Shown here: piece by piece, positions 60,901 through 64,000 of the stretch
How positions within the stretch are numbered: the stretch's first letter is position 1
Layout: the number at the start of each line of letters is the position of its first letter
Translations under genes and position numbers: made by a program
From: Squalus acanthias
Taxonomy: Eukaryota
NCBI GenBank assembly: GCA_030390025.1
Contig: CM059433.1
Span: 1,984,001-2,048,000 of the forward strand
DNA: 64,000 nucleotides
Direction of reading: 5' to 3'
The notes under the pieces: model-generated
What the model saw: the letters and a program-made list of their open reading frames with translations, nothing else
Told to the model about the DNA's origin: nothing
The model's database searches: none

Positions 60901-62408
60901 ACTGACAGGAAACTTCACTTTTACCGCCCCGGGAGGTGAGTGGAGCGCTAAAGCAGGCGCTGCACACCTCTCTTAAGGCGCAAAGGGCGAGCAGTGAGGC
61001 GCTAACTCGGAGCGCTGGCGAAGCTCATGTAATGTCAGTCAGCAATGGAACACACACACAATGGCACGGGCCAGTTCTTAAAGGGGATGGTTAATCTTGC
61101 TTTCCATCCACATCCTGTTCATTGCAGCCTTGAATCTCGGCCTGGAGAGACTTGCACATCAAATGTGCTGGAAAGTACAATGGAGAGTACCAGGCAAAGA
61201 GCTCAGAGTGCAGCTCCCACAGTCTCTGCTAAATCGATACAAGGAATGGCAAATCAAAATGAACCTGCAAAGTGCTGCTCAGTACCCAAAACTCCTTCAC
61301 ACAACGTTGAATCTCTCCAGAAGTCTCTCTCCCTCTCTCTCAGAATGCGTAGTTCAAAAATGCCACCAACAATAAAAGACAGGAAGAGGCCCCCTTTAAA
61401 TAGCGCCCCCCCCAGCCCCACAGCGATTGATAGCGTTCCAGTCTTCTGGTCGTTGGAAGCGCCAGGCGGTAAGGCAGGGGGCGCCACTCAATTTCTGCTA
61501 CGGGGCGCCACAAGGGCGTTGCACCATGGAATGATGTCACAATCTGCGCGCGCAGGTGGTCGCAGCGGTAAGTTTTAGCGCCGCCGCACAATCTCAAGTT
61601 AAGTTCTCAAGCGGCGCAAACATCGCTGCGCCCGGGCATTAGCGGCTTTGCGCCCCATTAGCGCCCTCTTAAGGCGCTAACGGGTGGCGCAACCAAGTGA
61701 ATTTTTACCCCAAAGCCTTCAGGCTTGTTTTTTTAACGCTCTCAGACCTATATGAATTATTATTTACTGTGACCATGTTTGATTTAAACCGTTGAGTTCT
61801 TTGCCTTCTACTTTTGTTTTTCTCCTTCCTGTCTTTTGCTTTTATCCTTGTTTCCCTTTCCTCTGTCTCCTTGCTCAGGTTCCCAACCCCCTGCCACTTT
61901 AGTTTAAACCCTCCCCAACAGCACTCGCAAACACTCCCCCTAGGACATCGGTCCCGGCCCTGCCCAGGTGCAGACCGTCCCGTTTGTACTGGTCCCACCT
62001 CCCCCCAGAACCGGTTCCAATGTCCAAGGAATTTGAATCCCTCCCCCTTGCACCATTCCTCTAGCCATGTATTCATTTGAAATATCCTCCTATTTCTACT
62101 CTGACTAGCACGTGGCACTGGTAGCAATCCTGAGATTACTACCTTTGAGGTCCTATTTTTTAATTTACCTCCTAACTCCCTATATTCTGCTTTTAGGACC
62201 TCATCCCGTTTTTTACCTATATCGTTGGTGCCTATGTGCACCACGACAACTGGCTGTTCGCCCTCCCCCTCCAAAATGTTCTGTAGCCGCTCCGAGACGA
62301 CCTTGACCCTTGCACCAGGGAGGCAACACACCATCCTGGAGTCTTGTTTGCGGCCGCAGAAACGCCTATCTATTCCCCTTACAATTGAGTCCCCTATCAC
62401 TATAGCTC
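57945..62408 (-). mobile_element. Near full-length young CR1 LINE (HER1-like): esterase part of ORF1 plus ORF2 (APE-RT)
   Basis: 863-aa ORF 58037-60628 with APE and RT motifs; ORF1 AIVIGDSIVRG...VHIGTNDIG; (TTTCTATG) tail; interrupted by a MITE at 60819. Confidence 0.97.
60819..61711. mobile_element. Harbinger-type non-autonomous element, 893 bp, nested in CR1 ORF2
   Basis: TIRs GGGGTAGAAATT and AATTTTTACCCC. 3-bp TSD AAA; removal restores LKALCLNARS. CpG-rich ends. Confidence 0.85.
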
Positions 62409-62699
62409 GCTGAAGTAAATGACTTGCACAATCCCTACTGAATTCAATGTGTGTGTGTGTGTACATTATCTATTATGATTACACTTGATATATTATAGTT
62501 TTGCTAAATATAGAAAAAAAAATTCAAGCTGATTTTATTCACGTAAAATAGGATTTTAGTTTACATTGCAAAATCTTAAAAGGATAAATTTTTTAAAGTC
62601 AGTAGTTTCTTTCTGTTAGTTCTCTGCACCTGTTGTTCTTAAAACAGCAGTTAGCTAAAGAATGGGGAAGTTAAGTATTACTGTTTTTGAAATTAGAAA

Positions 62700-63218
62700 G
62701 AAAAGAAAGATTTGCATTAATATTGCGCCTTTCATGACCTCTGATGTCCCAGTGTGTTTTTTTTTACAGCCAATTGAAGTGCTCCTGAAGTGTAATTACC
62801 ATTGTAATGTAGGAGACGCGGCAGCCAAATTGTGCACAGCAAGACCCCACAAACAGCAATGCGATAATAACCAGATAATCTGTTTGTGATGTTGGTTGAG
62901 GGATAAATATTGGCCAGGACACCAGGGAGAACTCCTTGCTCTTCGAAAGTGCTATGGGATCTACTCGAGGGCAGAAGGGGCCTCAGTTTAACTTAGGAAC
63001 ACAGGAACAGGAGGAGGCCATTGAACCTCCTCGAGCCTGTTCAGCCATTCAATGAGATCATGGCTGATCTGTTACCTAACTGCATCTACCCGCCTATGGC
63101 CCATATCCCTTAATACCTTTGGTTAACAAAAATCTATCAATCTCCGATTCAAAATTAACAATTGATCTAGCGGAAGAGAACTTCTCATCCAAAAGACGGC
63201 ACCTCCGACAGTGCAGCA
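62700..63218 (-). mobile_element. SacSINE1-like DeuSINE split by a CR1 3' fragment
   Basis: Reverse-complement homology to 30052-30340; resumes at TCTCATCCAAAAGACGGCACCTCCGACAGTGCAGCA. Confidence 0.82.
62993..63172 (-). mobile_element. Short CR1 3' fragment nested in the DeuSINE
   Basis: AGGAACACAGGAACAGGAGGAGGCCATT...GATCATGGCTGATC...CCCATATCCCTTAATACC; AACTT on both flanks. Confidence 0.8.
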
Positions 63219-63715
63219 AATCTGATCCCAGAGTTTGGGCTTGTGTGTTATGTATTTGATATTATTGTAAAATGATTAGGAAGAAACAATAATTCCCTTC
63301 CTTCCTCTCCCCTCCCCCCCACATACATATACTTAAATTTTAGCCTTCGTTGTCTGTTCATTGTGCCACTTCAGGCCATGTCCTGGTCAAGTGATTTGAG
63401 CAGATGGCCTCCCCTCAGGCCTTTTCTTGTTTAGCATTCTTGATTCAGCTGCTAAAAGGTTCACAAACTATTTGTGGTGGGTTCTTGTTATTTAATAGGA
63501 GCTTGCAAATGTAGGGGAGCAGTCCAAGAATCATCATTCCTTGCGTAGCATGGAAGCAGCAACTTGCCCCCTTGGAATGTTCTTACAATCTCTTATTGCT
63601 TTGGTCAAAATAATATTGCTGTGTTTTAGGTATTGAGGGGTCCCTTCTGATGGGAATGTTGCTTGTTTAATTCAAACTGCTTGTGGGCCTTTTAGTGTCC
63701 CATTTCCTTGACATT

Positions 63716-64000
63716 GGCCCAGAAATTGATCTCGCTCTGTTCCCGCGGGGGTAAGCCTTCCCCGCGATGTCTCACCTCGCTTATGCTTTTTCAGATCCAG
63801 CTCGCACGAACTTGATGTTCCAGACATCAGCTGTGCTGGGCTTGCGTATCCCAGCGGCGTAGTGAATTCGTGCGAGCTGTGGGATCACGTGACTCAGTTA
63901 GAGCCAATGGCAGCACACCATCTTCCATTCATAAATCTCACAGCATGGCTGAGAGACTTATGAATCTTACACCCCCCCAAAATAACAGCTAAACCTCAAT
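63716..64000. mobile_element. Probable Harbinger-type MITE left end, cut by the window edge
   Basis: GGCCCAGAAATT start followed by CpG-rich sequence, like the other MITEs. The second TIR is not visible. Confidence 0.4.

Noticed and set aside
61045..61578. 177-aa ORF inside the nested DNA transposon
   Set aside because: No transposase or other recognisable domain; GC-rich repeat sequence gives open frames by chance.
63499..63590. Possible NBAS exon 22 (RIIIPC resembles human LMIIPW)
   Set aside because: Nearby AG acceptors give stops in the required phase, and there is no DWCE-like motif or good donor. Exon 22 probably lies beyond the window.

Overview
Vertebrate genomic DNA, most likely from a cartilaginous fish (shark) judging by its repeat families. 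The + strand carries 20 consecutive coding exons of NBAS (neuroblastoma-amplified sequence; Sec39/NRZ complex). Numbered by homology to the human gene these are exons 2-21: 2,207 nt, all GT-AG, open in one frame. Exon 1 and exon 22 onward are not in the window. The introns are filled with transposable elements: vertebrate-type CR1 LINEs (one near full length, one apparently 5'-inverted), a second CR1-group LINE family that seems to carry a tRNA-like head, L2 fragments, Penelope-like elements (PLEs), HE1-like V-SINEs, SacSINE1-like DeuSINEs, PIF/Harbinger-type MITEs and a Tc1/mariner(Tigger)-type MITE. The most interesting signals are four. (1) Ultra-minimal hammerhead ribozyme motifs sit in the terminal repeats of two PLE families, with covarying stems. 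(2) PLE termini form perfect hairpins that fold back inside the ribozyme. (3) Intron 20 holds a ~9.6-kb nested TE stack bracketed by inverted PLE repeats. (4) A SINE has inserted into the polypyrimidine tract of exon 15. Family names rest on recognition from memory; no database search was run.
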